A stretch of DNA of 13,762 nt, from NCBI RefSeq assembly GCF_000012925.1, contig NC_007515.1, forward strand, positions 1 through 13,762, written 5' to 3'. The position numbers and the translations under genes are program-made. This stretch comes from Geobacter metallireducens GS-15. Lineage in GTDB: Bacteria > Desulfobacterota > Desulfuromonadia > Geobacterales > Geobacteraceae. The notes under the pieces are model-generated. The model was not told the origin of the DNA and did not search any database. It saw nothing but the letters and a program-made list of their open reading frames with translations. Numbering within the stretch: the first letter of the stretch is position 1; the number at the start of each line of letters is the position of its first letter. Of this stretch, positions 13,085 to 13,762 are shown in pieces.

Positions 13085-13333
13085 ATGGCCGCACAACGTT
13101 TTTTTGAGATTGGATCACGGGGGTTTGTTGTTAATTTCCGCATTATGTGCCGGGGAGGGTTCCAGGCCCATTGTCAGGACGTGCCACACCGGGCGAAGGG
13201 GACCACGATTGACGGGGCGTTTTCGGCGTTCCTGGAAACTCTCCCGGATGCCTGGGTGGATGGTGTAATAGACTCTCTGCCGGTCCAGGATCAACGACAA
13301 GTGCGGTTGTGGCGTCAGGATGAGGCGGCGTAG
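13085..13333 (+). CDS. Hypothetical 82-aa protein (orfC)
   Basis: The preferred start is MAAQRFFEIG (ATG at 13085, SD AAGGAAGG). There is a faint resemblance to the HicB/UPF0150-like fold (GGFQAHCQDVPHRAKGTTIDGAFSAFLETL), but it is not reliable. Confidence 0.55.
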   Translation: MAAQRFFEIGSRGFVVNFRIMCRGGFQAHCQDVPHRAKGTTIDGAFSAFLETLPDAWVDGVIDSLPVQDQRQVRLWRQDEAA

Positions 13334-13377
13334 AAGGGCGAACGTCCTAAAATCGGTTTTGAGCGGTTTTCAGGTCA

Positions 13378-13408
13378 AGGGGATAGGCAACTATCCCCTT
13401 TTCTTTTT
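13378..13408 (+). terminator. Rho-independent terminator of the orfA-orfB-orfC operon
   Basis: AGGGGATA-ggcaac-TATCCCCT followed by TTTCTTTTT. Confidence 0.7.
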
Positions 13409-13433
13409 GGACGCAACAGCGGCCCGACAGGGC

Positions 13434-13458
13434 CGGTCAACCGCCCCCGCTTTTCGGG
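13434..13458. repeat. Right copy of the 25-bp perfect inverted repeat (partner at 671-695)
   Basis: CGGTCAACCGCCCCCGCTTTTCGGG is the exact reverse complement of 671-695. Confidence 0.9.
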
Positions 13459-13571
13459 GTTGCCGTCGGCAATCCCCCCTTTCAACAACTCGCCTTTCCG
13501 GGGTCTGGTTTCTGTATCGTACCAGACAGAAAAGTAAGTAAAAAGTCAAGGTCGCAAGGGATTTCAACGGG

Positions 13572-13673
13572 TTAGCGTTTTCGGGGCTTCTTCGTGGCGT
13601 GGAGCAGGTAAAGGCCGGTGCCGATGATCCCGGCCAAGTAGATCAACAGGGACAAGGTACTTGTTTCGATCAT
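13572..13673 (-). CDS. Small (33 aa) single-pass membrane peptide, last gene of an operon entering from the right
   Basis: MIETSTLSLLIYLAGIIGTGLYLLHATKKPRKR. The ATG overlaps the stop of the upstream partial ORF (ATGA at 13670-13673). It is below the ORF-track size cutoff. Confidence 0.4.
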   Translation of the reverse strand: MIETSTLSLLIYLAGIIGTGLYLLHATKKPRKR

Positions 13674-13762
13674 GGCGTTTGCCCTCCCACGGCGACGTAA
13701 AAGGCCCCGATTGCCTCGGCTATCTTCTCGGCCTGGGCCTTTAGTTCCGGATTTCCCTGCAC
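13670..13762 (-). CDS. 3' end of an unidentified CDS (partial, runs off the right edge)
   Basis: An open frame runs from the window edge (..VQGNPELKAQAEKIAEAIGAFYVAVGGQTP*) and is coupled to the downstream peptide. Confidence 0.4.
   Translation of the reverse strand: MQGNPELKAQAEKIAEAIGAFYVAVGGQTP

Noticed and set aside
13320-13541. A 73-aa + strand ORF downstream of orfC.
   Set aside because: It starts inside the orfC stop region, is Arg-rich, and runs through the operon terminator and the inverted-repeat arm. There is no SD.

Overview
All calls were made by eye; no searches were run. The window looks like the backbone of a conjugative or mobilisable plasmid-like replicon, with almost all genes on the minus strand.

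Left to right:
- the tail of an unidentified + strand CDS;
- an AT-rich spacer with two tiny coupled ORFs;
- a GC-rich structured non-coding stretch;
- an iteron-type origin (DnaA-box-like 9-mer, AT-rich patch, three 22-bp iterons) just 3' of a RepA-type rep gene;
- a four-gene rep operon (orf113-orf69-orf140-rep) whose third gene is split by a 1314-bp IS4-family element with a 9-bp target duplication;
- a relB-relE toxin-antitoxin operon with a translationally coupled third gene;
- an HTH/coiled-coil protein;
- a transfer block mobC, relaxase (RP4 TraI-like), trbL, trbJ, small lipoprotein;
- a candidate oriT (inverted repeat plus TATCCTG/T nick-like motif);
- a + strand three-gene operon of unknown function in the predicted leading region;
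- the 3' end of another minus-strand operon.

Signals not explained by ordinary annotation:
1. A single type I-C-like CRISPR-repeat-like element sits in the 3' UTR after the lipoprotein gene, with no cas genes or array in the window.
2. A structured intergenic module of about 110-120 nt occurs twice in the leading-region operon. On the opposite strand each copy looks like a self-contained small-RNA gene.
3. A 25-bp perfect inverted repeat brackets about 12.7 kb of backbone.
4. TrbJ and the downstream lipoprotein share a C-terminal tail.
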